Notes under the pieces: model-generated
Seen by the model: the letters and a program-made list of their open reading frames with translations, nothing else
Told to the model about the DNA's origin: nothing
The model's database searches: none
Program-made: the position numbers and the translations under genes
Shown: positions 49,611-62,261 of the stretch, piece after piece
Numbering within the stretch: the stretch's first letter is position 1
How the letters are laid out: every line of letters starts with the position of its first letter
Origin: Atractiella rhizophila
Taxonomy: Eukaryota
Assembly (NCBI GenBank): GCA_021432655.1
Contig: MU271226.1
Location: 1-64,000 of the forward strand
Direction of reading: 5' to 3'
Length of the DNA: 64,000 nucleotides

Positions 49611-50877
49611 GTTATCGTGAGAAGGTCGAGTCGACGTATAGTTATACTATAGATGATTCCTAAAGAGCGAAGCGCCGGTTCTGTTCTTTTATATCTTTCG
49701 TTTGGGGATATGATGTCAAATGTGAGGGAGCCTATCGAGCCTATGACGTGCCATCATCTCACTCGCACAATCCCAAGACAATGGGGTGCACTCTGTCAAC
49801 GTCCTCTGTCAGCATACCATGAGTGTTAGTCCAGCAATTTTTTCCTGGCAATGACTGCCCACAGGAGCTCAGGAGTGCGAGTGACCACATGAGTGACTCC
49901 TTCTACACCATAGCAAGTAGATCAAGATATCCAAGAGCAAACAGGAAAAGTAACCATACCTTCTGAAAGGACAAGTTTAAGAACTGGAATCAGCTGGAAT
50001 AAAGGAAAGAAAGGAATATTGAGATCTTGATTGTCTATTCAGAGTCACGTGTGAGCATTGTCACTTTCGCCTTCAAAGCAAAGAGTAAAGCATCAAATTT
50101 ACATCAGATGTTACTCTTTAATGGAATTTTGGGCAACCCACCAATCGATATGACTTCTCCCATGCTCTCTCCCTTTCTCCAAATCAGCCAAGGTCAATCA
50201 ACCCAAATCTTCGTCATACCTCCAACACCAGCCAAAGCGACACACGATCGACACACTCTACCACCTCAAAACCTTTCTCTTCTCTCACCCTGCAACCTGC
50301 GTCATCGGACAACGAGTCATCTTCCTCTCTTCACGCTTAACCAGCCAGTGCCTCAAGGTTTTCAGTTGAAGCTTCCGAAGGATGCGATGATTCTGAAGAA
50401 GAGGAAAGCGTCGAGGTTTAGCGTAAAAGCAGAGAAAGAGAAATAAGGGAGAAGGTAAACCATTCCAAGTTGTCTTGCATTTAGCTGACAAACTCTTATT
50501 CAGTAGAAGGATGAAAACATTGGAAACGCCTATTAGACGGGAAGAAGAGGATCCCTGTTGAGGCAGCGTAGAAGCAGAGACATTGCTCTGTAAATAGATT
50601 GACTTGTAGATGATGCGAAGCTTGCAAAGATTTAGTTAGACATGCACTGCTTTGTTGCCTTGTTGCAAATTTCCGCGAAATCGTATTTGACAATATGCGG
50701 ACAAGGTAAGAGAGGAACTTCCGTTTTCCTTGTTCTCAAAGAGTGACAAGGCACTTCGCTAGTTGCTGGTTCTCGTGTCCGTAAGAGGCAACCCAACAAG
50801 CGCTTGTCAGTTGATCACAAGGTAAGGACAAAACAACTGACGGTGGTAAAGGTGTTGAGAAGACGCAACATCATAAA

Positions 50878-51312
50878 ATGGTAAAGCTCCTGACGACTCT
50901 TCCTTCTGATCCACGCCAATACTTTCAACAGCTTCGACTTACAGGCTTACAGATGACCACTGCCTACACAAACACGAAGGAAACAAACAATTGGGAGACT
51001 CACGACCCGTCACAAGTCACTCTCACCATTGCCTCCCCTTCACCAACAACGCCGCGAACGCAAGCAAAGAAAAACACTTCAACCACTCCTGCAGAGCAGG
51101 ACAGCATCTACCTTTCCCCAAACCATGCTAATTATCGAGTCTATGCATCTCTCCCACCTCTCTCCGCCAAGCAAGGGCCGAAATTTCAACTCAGTGTGGA
51201 TGCGAACGGGAAAGGAATAGGTGCCAGAATGAAGGCAAGAAGGCATGCGAGAACAGCATCATTGGAGGCACAAGGTAGTGGAGTGCTCTACAACGATGAA
51301 AGCAAGTTCTGA
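50878..51312 (+). CDS. Orphan small Thr/Pro-rich basic protein, copy 1 (~120 aa)
   Basis: ATG|GTAAAG...CAG|ATGACC... The ORF is open in both copies and synonymous changes exceed non-synonymous ones between them. Confidence 0.5.
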   Translation: MVKLLTTLPSDPRQYFQQLRLTGLQMTTAYTNTKETNNWETHDPSQVTLTIASPSPTTPRTQAKKNTSTTPAEQDSIYLSPNHANYRVYASLPPLSAKQGPKFQLSVDANGKGIGARMKARRHARTASLEAQGSGVLYNDESKF

Positions 51313-52442
51313 TGATAATGTGCAATAGAAACGAGATAAAGAACCGACCCCTCGTGTTCAATACCAAGGCTTGTAATCAAACAATGAAAAGTTAAGTCGA
51401 CATATGACATACCGGACAAAAGGTGGTCGTTTTCGTTTGTTCAAGTCTGATACCGTTGAAGCATCAACTGTCCTCAACTTTGGCTCCCTCAAGTTTTGGT
51501 AAACGCGACAGTTAGAGAGTTGAATGGACAAATGGAACGGGATAGCGCTATGGAGAAATGGATGAAGCAGGTTCACTTCTCTTGCTCCGTTGGGTGTGGC
51601 CATTTGTAAGCATGGAGTTTGAGACGAATCATTTTTACCTGTAAGTATACTGTGATCATAATTGGCGGATGAAATGGGATTCCCCTACGCACACCTGCGA
51701 AATACCGAAAGCAGGCGAGCCTGCGATTTGATACGACGCATGTCACGTTCTGCTCAGGTGCGATGGTTTGGTATGCGCCATCGCGGATTTCATTGCGCCG
51801 TCAGAACCCCGTCGTTACATCTCTTCGCCTTTAAAAGCCGATACCATTTACTTTTCTTTCTTGTCCTTGACGGTGTTTACCAATGCACCACTTCCGGGCT
51901 CCCATAGTGCTCCTTCTGTTTGACTGAGGCCGATATGTTCCGAACATTGTTTGTCCGAGGGCCTGTCTTGACTCTCTCTGATGGGATACATACATCTCAT
52001 GATCCACTTCCTATGCTTCCTACACCAAAGTCCCTGTGTAAAACACGGAGCTCCCTCCTCATCTTGGATCCCAAGCTATTTATTCGAAGCTTCCTGACTC
52101 AATATTTCACCACTTTCTCCGTTGACATCAAGTGTCATCGTGACAAAGCCTGGTGGAGCGCTTACCCAAGTAAAATTTAAGCGCAAGTAGCTGCAATGTA
52201 CGATTTATCGCCGTCTACGTGTGGTCTGCGGCACAGAAAGAAGTTCGCCGAAACCTGGAATCATACGGTGGAGGAAGTGAGGAAGTGGAGGTGGAGTATA
52301 TAAGTGGGCGAGTGCTTCTGCTCTCCTACTATTTCCAAGCCCAGTCAGGGGGTCTGTGAAGTTGTTAAGATCCAGATATCGTTCAATAAAACTTGCCAGC
52401 CAATTATTTGAGTCAACCGTTCTATTGAATCCGATCTACAAC

Positions 52443-52942
52443 ATGAACACGGCCCTCCTTCGAGATTCATCAGCTGGTTACCTCATACGACTTTTATCAC
52501 ACAACAGAGCACTCCAGTACCCTGAGGAGCGTGCCGACTACGTGGTTCCACGGCGCTACCTCCTTCATCGAGCGAGCACCGATGCAGATTCCCTTAAAAC
52601 TGTCGTCGATACTCCATGCAGCGATAAGATTTCAAGAGACGAAGAGGCGATCTTAGAAGACGAACTCCCTCGAATCGAGCAAGGGGAAAGGGCTCTAGAT
52701 CGGGAGGATACCAAAGTCTCTTCTGATTTTAAAAATGACGAGAAGAAAGCACAGGACGACGACTTAGAAAAAAAAGAGGAACCCACGCAGGATATCGCGA
52801 AGCCGAAGCCAGACTTTCTCGTCGATTGGTATGATGAAAATGATCCCGAGAATCCACAAAACTGGTCCTTTGGGAAGAAATGCGTTGTAACCAGTGCGAT
52901 AATGATTTTGACTTTCTCGGTCTATATCGGTTCTGCGATCTA
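52443..52942 (+). pseudogene. Truncated copy (exon 1 only) of the DHA1 MFS transporter
   Basis: Near-identical to 55517-56016, cut by the duplication junction 17 nt into intron 1. Confidence 0.85.
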
Positions 52943-53951
52943 GTCAGTCGATCTCTTAGAACATGAGTGACTCCTTCTACACCATAGCAAGTAGATCAAG
53001 ATATCCAAGAGCAAACAGGAAAAGTAACCATACCTTCTGAAAGGACAAGTTTAAGAACTGGAATCAGCTGGAATAAAGGAAAGAAAGGAATATTGAGATC
53101 TTGATTGTCTATTCAGAGTCACGTGTGAGCATTGTCACTTTCGCCTTCAAAGCAAAGAGTAAAGCATCAAATTTGCATCAGATGTTACTCTTTAATGGAA
53201 TTTTGGGCAACCCACCAATCGATATGACTTCTCCCATGCTCTCTCCCTTTCTCCAAATCAGCCAAGGTCAATCAACCCAAATCTTCGTCATACCTCCAAC
53301 ACCAGCCAAAGCGACACACGATCGACACACTCTACCACCTCAAAACCTTTCTCTTCTCTCACCCTGCAACCTGCGTCATCGGACAACGAGTCATCTTCCT
53401 CTCTTCACGCTTAACCAGCCAGTGCCTCAAGGTTTTCAGTTGAAGCTTCCGAAGGATGCGATGATTCTGAAGAAGAGGAAAGCGTCGAGGTTTAGCGTAA
53501 AAGCAGAGAAAGAGAAATAAGGGAGAAGGTAAACCATTCCAAGTTGTCTTGCATTTAGCTGACAAACTCTTATTCAGTAGAAGGATGAAAACATTGGAAA
53601 CGCCTATTAGACGGGAAGAAGAGGATCCCTGTTGAGGCAGCGTAGAAGCAGAGACATTGCTCTTGTAAATAGATTGACTTGTAGATGATGCGAAGCTTGC
53701 AAAGATTTAGTTAGACATGCACTGCTTTGTTGCCTTGTTGCAAATTTCCGCGAAATCGTATTTGACAATATGCGGACAAGGTAAGAGAGGAACTTCCGTT
53801 TTCCTTGTTCTCAAAGAGTGACAAGGCACTTCGCTAGTTGCTGGTTCTCGTGTCCGTAAGAGGCAACCCAACAAGCGCTTGTCAGTTGATCACAAGGTAA
53901 GGACAAAACAACTGACGGTGGTAAAGGCGTTGAGAAGACGCAACATCATAA

Positions 53952-54387
53952 AATGGTAAAGCTCCTGACGACTCTTCCTTCTGATCCACGCCAATACTTT
54001 CAACAGCTTCGACTTACAGGCTTATAGATGACCACTGCATACACAAACACGAAGGAAACAAACAATTGGGAGACTCACGACCCGTCACAAGTCACTCTCA
54101 CCATTGCCTCCCCTTCACCAACAACGCCCCGAACGCAAGCAAAGAAAAACACTTCAACCACTCCTGCGGAGCAGGACAGCATCTACCTTTCCCCAAACCA
54201 TGCTAATTATCGAGTCTATGCATCTCTCCAACCTCTCTCCCCCAAGCAAGGGCCGAAATTTCAACTCAGTGTGGATGCGAACGGGAAAGGGATAGGTGCC
54301 AGAATGAAGGCAAGAAGGCACGCGAGAACAGCAACATTAGAGGCACAAGGTAGTGTAGTGCTCTACAACGATGAAAGCAAGTTCTGA
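53952..54387 (+). CDS. Orphan small Thr/Pro-rich basic protein, copy 2
   Basis: Same layout as copy 1. The CAG>TAG change just before ATG 54028 keeps a YAG acceptor. Confidence 0.5.
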
Positions 54388-55370
54388 TGATAATGTGCAA
54401 TAGAAACGAGATAAAGAACCGACCCCTCGTGTTCAATACCAAGGCTTGTAATCAAACAATGAAAGTTAAGTCGACATATGACATACCGGACAAAAGGTGG
54501 TCGTTTTCGTTTGTTCAAGTCTGATACCGTTGAAGCATCAACTGTCCTCAACTTTGGCTCCCTCAAGTTTTGGTAAACGCGACAGTTAGAGAGTTGAATG
54601 GACAAATGGAACGGGATAGCGCTATGGAGAAATGGATGAAGCAGGTTCACTTCTCTTGCTCCGTTGGGTGTGGCCATTTGTAAGCATGGAGTTTGAGACG
54701 AATCATTTTTACCTGTAAGTATACTGTGATCATAATTGGCGGATGAAATGGGATTCCCCTACGCACACCTGCGAAATACCGAAAGCAGGCGAGCCTGCGA
54801 TTTGATACGACGCATGTCACGTTCTGCTCAGGTGCGATGGTTTGGTATGCGCCATCGCGGATTTCATTGCGCCGTCAGAACCCCGTCGTTACATCTCTTC
54901 GCCTTTAAAAGCCGATACCATTTACTTTTCTTTCTTGTCCTTGACGGTGTTTACCAATGCACCACTTCCGGGCTCCCATAGTGCTCCTTCTGTTTGACTG
55001 AGGCCGATATGTTCCGAACATTGTTTGTCCGAGGGCCTGTCTTGACTCTCTCTGATGGGATACATACATCTCATGATCCACTTCCTATGCTTCCTACACC
55101 AAAGTCCCTGTGTAAAACACGGAGCTCCCTCCTCATCTTGGATCCCAAGCTATTTATTCGAAGCTTCCTGACTCAATATTTCACCACTTTCTCCGTTGAC
55201 ATCAAGTGTCATCGTGACAAAGCCTGGTGGAGCGCTTACCCAAGTAAAATTTAAGCGCAACTAGCTGCAATGTACGACTTATCGCCGTCTACGTGTGGTC
55301 TGCGGCACAGAAAGAAGTTCGCCGAAACCTGGAATCATACGGTGGAGGAAGTGAGGAAGTGGAGGTGGAG

Positions 55371-55377
55371 TATATAA
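55371..55377 (+). promoter_or_regulatory. TATA box (TATATAA) of the DHA1 transporter gene
   Basis: About 140 nt upstream of ATG 55517; also present in unit 1. Confidence 0.5.
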
Positions 55378-55516
55378 GTGGGCAAGTGCTTCTGCTCTCC
55401 TACTATTTCCAAGCCCAGTCAGGAGGTCTGTGAAGTTGTTAAGATCCAGATATCGTTCAATAAAACTTGCCAGCCAATTATTTGAGTCAACCGTTCTATT
55501 GAATCCGATCTACAAC

Positions 55517-57850
55517 ATGAACACGGCCCTCCTTCGAGATTCATCAGCTGGTTACCTCATACGACTTTTATCACACAACAGAGCACTCCAGTACCCTGAG
55601 GAGCGTGCCGACTACGTGGTTCCACGGCGCTACCTCCTTCATCGAGCGAGCACCGATGCAGATTCCCTTAAAACTGTCGTCGATACTCCATGCAGCGATA
55701 AGATTTCAAGAGACGAAGAGGCGATCTTAGAAGACGAACTCCCTCGAATCGAGCAAGGGGAAAGGGCTCTAGATCGGGAGGATACCAAAGTCTCTTCTGA
55801 TTTTAAAAATGACGAGAAGAAAGCACAGGACGACGACTTAGAAAAACAGGAGGAACCCACGCAGGATATCGCGAAGCCGAAGCCAGACTTTCTCGTTGAT
55901 TGGTATGATGAAAATGATCCCGAGAATCCACAAAACTGGTCCTTTGGGAAGAAATGCGTTGTAACCAGTGCGATAATGATTTTGACTTTCTCGGTCTATA
56001 TCGGTTCTGCGATCTAGTCAGTCGATCTCTTAGTGTCCAACCTCGAAATCTGAGACTTTGTAATAGTTCTCCTTCTATACCTGGAGTGATGGAAACGTTC
56101 AATGTGAACAGTGTGCGCGCGACACTGGGACTGTCCCTCTTCGTCATCGGATATGGAATTGGTGTGTTACATACACTTTGTGGTCATCATGATTCTAACA
56201 GTATCCAGGTCCTATGTTTCTATCGCCTTTATCAGAAATCCCTAGAATAGGACGAAACCCTCCATACATGATAACCCTTTTTCTGTTCGTCATCTTCCAG
56301 ATCCCAACCTTCACAACAAACGATTACGACACGTTGATGGCTTTCCGATTCGTAACTGGATTCGTGGGAAGTCCAGCTCTTGCGACGGGAGGTGCTTCCA
56401 TGGGCGACATTTGGCCTGTGATGAAGCAGCCTTATGTCATCGCCATGTTCGCCATTTTTCTCCATCTATAATATTGACACTGATTGTCCAGGTAGGTGGT
56501 GCGTGGGAGCCGTTTGCGGTCCTGTCCTTGGGCCGGTCATTGGTGGATTCGCTGCTAAGAACAAGGGATACAAATGGCCTCTGTATGAAGTACGTTCGCC
56601 TTTTTCTGGTAATTTACTTTTTAACCATGTGCCCGCTAGCTCGTCTGGCTGTCCAGCTTGACCTTGGTCATCCTCTTGTTCATTCTACCCGAAACCTACG
56701 GACCCAAAATCCTTCTCAAAAGGGCTGAAAGGTTGCGGAAGGTTACAGGAAATGAGAACCTTCGAAGCCAGAGCGAGATCGACCAAGCGAATCTAACAGT
56801 GCGAGAGCTTACGGTAGAAAGTTTAGTAAGACCTTTCCAACTTATGCTAGAGCCGGCTGTTTTGTTCATCAATATCTACATCGGTGAGTTTTCTCCCAAG
56901 GGTCAGACAGATATCTGATTCCGTACTGTTAGGTCTGACTTACTCCATCTTCTATCTGTTAGTTTTCAGGCTGAGATCACGGAAAAGACATCCTAACAGG
57001 AGAATATAGGTGGTTCGAGGCCTTCCCGCTTGTATTCGAAGGCATCTACGGCTTCAACCTTGGCCTGCAGGGTCTTCCATTCATCGGATTCGCGATAACC
57101 TGTTTCTTATCCTTCCTCGCCTATGCCGCCGCTCAATATTACTACTATGAACCTCGAGCGAAAAGACTTGGTTCTCTCGTTCCCGAAGAACGACTGCAGG
57201 TGGCACTCATTTCTTGCTTCTTCATCCCAGTTAGCCTGTTCATGTTTGGTAACTTTCCTCACATAACCTCTTCCTGTTGAATCTGTGGGCCTAATACTTG
57301 GGTTGGGATAGGATGGACATCGAGGGAATCAGTACACTGGATCGCTCCAGTCATCGCCGCCGCTCTGTACATGCGTATGTCCTCCTTCCTGCTTTGCAGA
57401 AGCTTGAACGATGTTTCCACAGCTGGTATCTTCTTGATTTTCCAATGCTGCCTCGTTTATCTGCCCCTTTCGTACCCAAAATACGCTGCCAGTTTGCTTG
57501 GTGAGCCAATTCTGCAAATCGCTAGAAAGTAACTCAGATAATTTTATTCCGCAGCTGGAAACGATTTTTTTCGTTCTTGCATGGCTGGGGTTCGTTCCCA
57601 TCTCTTTTTTGTTCTAGTATCTGATCGATGTACTAGGTGTTCCCACTGTTTGGAAGGGCTCTGTTTAACACATTAGGGGTTGGGCCAGGTTGCAGTTTGT
57701 TGGCAGGGCTGGAGATCGCGCTCATACCCGTTCTTTATGTGAGTTCCGCATTGTCGCCATACAAGCAAACTAATCTGGCATGACCATCAGATGTTCTACT
57801 ATAGAGGAGCACAGTTCAGGGCGTGGTCCAAATATGCCGAGTCGAGTTGA
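55517..57850 (+). CDS. MFS drug:H+ antiporter, DHA1 family (FLR1/Caf5/MDR1-like)
   Basis: LRDSSAGYLIR, VDWYDENDPENPQNWS, SPLSEIPRIGRNPPY, GSPALATGGASMGD, LPETYGPKILLKRA and PEERL. Confidence 0.95.
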
Positions 57851-58313
57851 TAAGTTTTGGATAGAGCTATTTAAGCATTATGTTAGAGCTCCTAGAGACA
57901 GGCTTGCACTCATAACAAGTAGAAGTAATCAGTTACACAAGATGTCTATGATAGCAAGTACAACCAATCAATATAGTTCAAGAACCTCAACAGCCAGAGC
58001 CATTTTGTACTACCTTCTGACAGGACATGCAATGGAACTTTACTGCTCTTTTTAATTCTTAGGAAGTCGCGAGTTGCCGTCTCGAATGCTGTTAGTGTAC
58101 AAAACAAACATGGTATTGGTATTCACAGTCCTCAAAGCCCTATACACAGAATTTACTCAAATAGTCGCCGACAATTATTATAGAGCTGTAGAGATCAATC
58201 GAAAGGATCGAACAAAAGGCAACCTCCTTCGCTTCTTCTGAAAAGACGCCTCAGTTCCGGTTCAATTCCATTCAAGTGAAGCGCGTACCAAGAGCTAAGC
58301 CTTGAAAGGTCGC

Positions 58314-58708
58314 TTAGTAGACTGCCCTCCGCCTACCCCAACCCCTTCTCGCAGGTCGTGCAGTAGTAGTCCCAGTAGTCGTCGTTCCCGCACCTCTCCC
58401 ATACCGTCCTCTCCGGCCACGGCAGCAGAGACAAGCTCCCAAGCTGAATCAATCAACGCATCAGCGATCACTTGAGTTACTGTAAAGGAATAGGCAGGGC
58501 GTACCAATCGAAGATGCCAACGAAGAAAGAGGTGATGATGTTTACGATGCCGATGAGGAAACTCGCAATGAGAGAGAAGATGGAGGCAATCCCTCTGCCT
58601 ATAAGAGCAAAGACGTCGGCAATAGCGCTGTTCCATCCAGTCAGTGGTCAGCAACATAAGAAACAGAAAGACAGCTGATGAGATGGCGCACCTGAAAATG
58701 ATACCCAT
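58314..58708 (-). CDS. Small amphipathic membrane protein with Cys cluster and Arg/Gly tail (~89 aa, 3 exons)
   Basis: Spliced MGIIFSAIADVFALIGRGIASIFSLIASFLIGIVNIITSFFVGIFDCLGACLCCRGRRGRYGRG...RRRAVY*. Confidence 0.8.
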
Positions 58709-59214
58709 TTTGCTAGTTGTTTGTTGTTTGATTCGTGAAGTTCGTTATGTTCGTTACAGCTTTGAAGTTGGTGATTTAGTTGGGGAAGGATTGGAAAGGA
58801 AGGCTTTTATACTTTTTTTTTGCGAAGGTGATGCTATGAGAATGCTGAGCTTCGATGACGTCGCACTTCCCGCAGAATGATTTTTTATGACGTAGCTGCT
58901 GAAACAACCGACTTGCCGACCAAAGTCCCAGAAATGTGGGTCGTTCCTGTTGCCTGCCTCCTTTCTATCTTCCGTTTTACAACAACGCCACTTCCACTCG
59001 AAAGCTGTGAGACGAAGCAGCTATGTTCAGAAAATAAATGATCGTCTAACTCAAGCATGCATTGAACATGAATAATTTACATTGCCACTTCTCCTTCATC
59101 CATCCCAAGAACAGAACAAACTCTTCCTACTGACTACTGGAAATTAACTGTAGCTGTACCTCTACTTTTTATCTCTATCAATTGTTACTATCTTACGCCG
59201 TCTTCCATTTCGTC

Positions 59215-62200
59215 TCAGAACAAAACAGGGATCTTTCGATTCACCATCTCACCACCAAAGAGCACATTCACGATGACAGTGTCTCGTCCTCCTTCCTCTC
59301 CTTCAGGAGGCGAATATACCAGTCCGCTCAACATGCCGTTGATTTCTCCTATCGTGACGCTTCCAAACGTCCATTCGACCTTCTTTCCGGTCGACACACA
59401 CTTCCTCTCATTAGAACACCCTAGCCTCTTTGCTCCACTGCCACCAACAAGAGAAACGCCACCTTTCGTTGCTTCTGTTCTAATGGAAGCATGGCGGACG
59501 TGAGAATCGCGGGGATGGCGGACAAACAGCGTGTTTAAGCCCTCGAATCTACCATCCAGAGATCCACGCCGTACGACGGCACTATCGTCTTTTTCACCAG
59601 TAGAAGAAATGGAGAGGAAGGAGCGATAAGTATATTGGGAAGGGACGAGGAGCTCCAGGGTTCTTGAGAGTGAGGTCCTCAGTTCCGACTGAGGAGAAGA
59701 AGGGGGATAAAGATGAAGAGAGAAGCGATCGAAGAGTGCCGCCAGTACACTGCTGTCGTGGATGGGTAGGCGAGAAGTCATCTTCCCGAATAGATGTGGG
59801 GACCAAGTGTACTCCTCTAAACGTCCCAGCTCTTCAAGAGCGCTCCCATCTCCTTTCCATTCTTCAACCAGCTGGTACGCCTGTTGCCAGCCGTACGGGT
59901 ACAGAACCTCTTTTGGCAGTATGGTCATGCCATTCAACTCTAACTCCCTTCTCTTCTCCTTCACATAAGCCGTCACAGCTCTTGGACCGACGCAATTGAA
60001 ACAATCAGTCCTATACGTGCGACCTGAGAAGTGTCTCTCCACCAACTCTTTGAACATTGTCCAGCCTTTCCTAAATCTCATCACGCCAGGAGCGAGGTAG
60101 GTCCCGTTCTCGTCCAGTGTCCATTCCACATCCGAAGCGAGGGTAGAAATGTCTGCACCAATGAACTGGAGGGAGGAATCGGGAGGAGAGCGCAACCATG
60201 GCGCGTCCATGTCCTGGTAAGTCCCTCCAAAACGGTAGAGGAAGAAGTAGCGCAGGTAGTCGGTGATGTGAGAATAGAAATTCGGTCCGTCTGCCCATCG
60301 ATCCCAGTCCTTAATCCAAGCTTCGCTTTCCGGGCCAAGGAACCATTGGCGTTCGAGGAGGAGGGTTGGAGAAATAGGGACGACGTGGATATTGTAACCA
60401 TTCGACGTATAGGAAGAGAAAAAATCTTCGGGAAGGGTGGGGGAGAATACAAGAACAACCGCAAGCGGGGAGTGGACAAAGATGGTTTCGATGGCTTGGA
60501 AGTGACGTTCGAGAAAGGTGTCCGGCGGTGTGGTCCAGCACACCAAGTTAAGAAGATACCAGTCTTCCGACTTGCTAAGCACAGAAGTTCGTGTCGACAG
60601 TATCCCAGGAATGACCCACGGATCCTCCGGACTACCCATGACGTACTCTCTCTCATCCCCACCTGTCCCGACAGTGCCAACAACTGGCTGGCTCAGAATT
60701 TTCTCTGCGCTCTCCTTTCGCGTCAAAGTCATCCCCCTGGCGCTGTCGCAGGAGTATCCCCAGTCCCGCCAGTGATTCTCCTTTCCCCGACAACTCGGAT
60801 AACAGATCCCACACCACCTCCTCACGAAGCCGTCACACATCTCACGTCCTTCCTGCAGGTTCTCATACATTCGAGCAGCGTCGTAACCCTCCGCTTCGAG
60901 GTAATGAGAGCCGAAGTGTTTTGCTATCATGTCGTTCTCACAAATCTGGGCTTGTTGTATCCGATGATCGTGGATCGGCGTAATGCCGTACGGATAAAGC
61001 ATGATGCCCAGCGACTGGTCTTCGTTCTTGACAAAGCGGCGTGGAATAGAAGGTGGGAGAGATATGAGAGAGACAAGGTCACTGCACGCAAGTTAGAGAG
61101 GTTATCATGAGTGTGGAGGGAGAGGATAAAGACTAACCTAGAAAGGATGTACATTGCTCCAGCAGTGTAAGGAGGGAACAACCCCAGCTCATAATCAAAA
61201 ATCGCATTCTTATTCGAGGCGTCTCGGATCGGCGGCATCTCATGATACGCAAGGCCTTTCCAGTACCTCCTCCTCCTCCCCAACCCCTCTAGCTCATCAA
61301 GCACCGTATCAAGTCTGAGAAATACATCGTCGTCCGTCTTTATGAGGTAATCGAATCCCTCTTCCAGTCCATTCGCCCATCCGAAACTCGCATACACCTT
61401 CTCGCTCAACTGGTCGTATCTATCGCCTGAAGGGATGAGTAGCATATCCCCATACTTCGCTGCCTCAGCTTCGATCGTCTTTCCCAGACTTGCCTCTGCG
61501 TAAGGGGTTGGGGGGAGTCCAATCACAAAACGGTGCGTGAGGCGGATGGAGGAAGAGGAGGGACGAAGCTTAAGAGATGAGTTTCGGAACTTGTTCCTGG
61601 ACTCTACAGATCGTGAGAGCCAGGATGAGACGACGAGTAGAATCACGGAAAGCGACTCTGTTGCTGCAGCTGCAGCGCGGTGTGGCAAAAGGGTGGAGTT
61701 AAGACCATACACCACATCCTCTTGCTTCCAGCTAGGGTGGGACTCGAAAAACGAGTTGGATCCCGATTGGTCCAACCACAACTTTGGGAGGGTCGTCGAC
61801 CGCTGGTCCGTGGAAAAAAGGAGAAAGGACATGGTGAAGACGGCGTAGAGCAAAGCGGGTAGACTCCGATGACGAAGATACGTCCAGACGGAAGTAGGGC
61901 TAGAAAAATCTCCCAAAGAGCGCAGGGAATCTCTCATCGCATGCTGCCAAACGCGCAATGTTCCCTTCCTCTTCTCATTCTTTTCCTTCTTCACCTCTCC
62001 CGTTCCTCTGACCACCCACATCCCCACTCCATCCGAAATCGTCGCCTGGGCACAAACAGTCACCCAACCGAGGAGCGGGCGGTCGAAGAAGAATGTGAGG
62101 GTTGAGCGGATTAGGATGAAGAAGATGATTTGCAGAGAGACGAGCCGGATGAAGGTTGGCATGAGGGAACGGAGTTGTGAGAAGGAGGTTGGGGAGGGTG

Positions 62201-62261
62201 AAGTGGGAGGGGAATAAATGGATAGCCATCGAAGGATTAGGGAGGATGTGAAGCTGTGCAT
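59215..62261 (-). CDS. Bifunctional glycosyltransferase: N-terminal TM region + GT31 (Galactosyl_T) + GT32 (DXD, Gb3-synthase-like) + C-terminal beta-rich domain
   Basis: GT31: EAAKYGDML, YDQLSEKV, KTDDD, FPPYTAGAMYILS, NEDQSLG. GT32: HITDYLRYFFLYRFGGTYQDMD, CVGPRAVT. One GT-AG intron near 61082-61137 joins the two ORFs. Further upstream exons (to about 62425) are possible. Confidence 0.9.

Larger units (their letters stand above)
49887..56033. repeat. Tandem duplication, 3074-bp period (unit 1 49887-52959, unit 2 52961-56033)
   Basis: Both units start ACATGAGTGACTCC and end GTCGATCTCTTAG, with about 20 differences by eye. Confidence 0.98.

Noticed and set aside
60031..61110. 359-aa + strand ORF
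   Set aside because: Antisense shadow of the glycosyltransferase exon, with no motifs.
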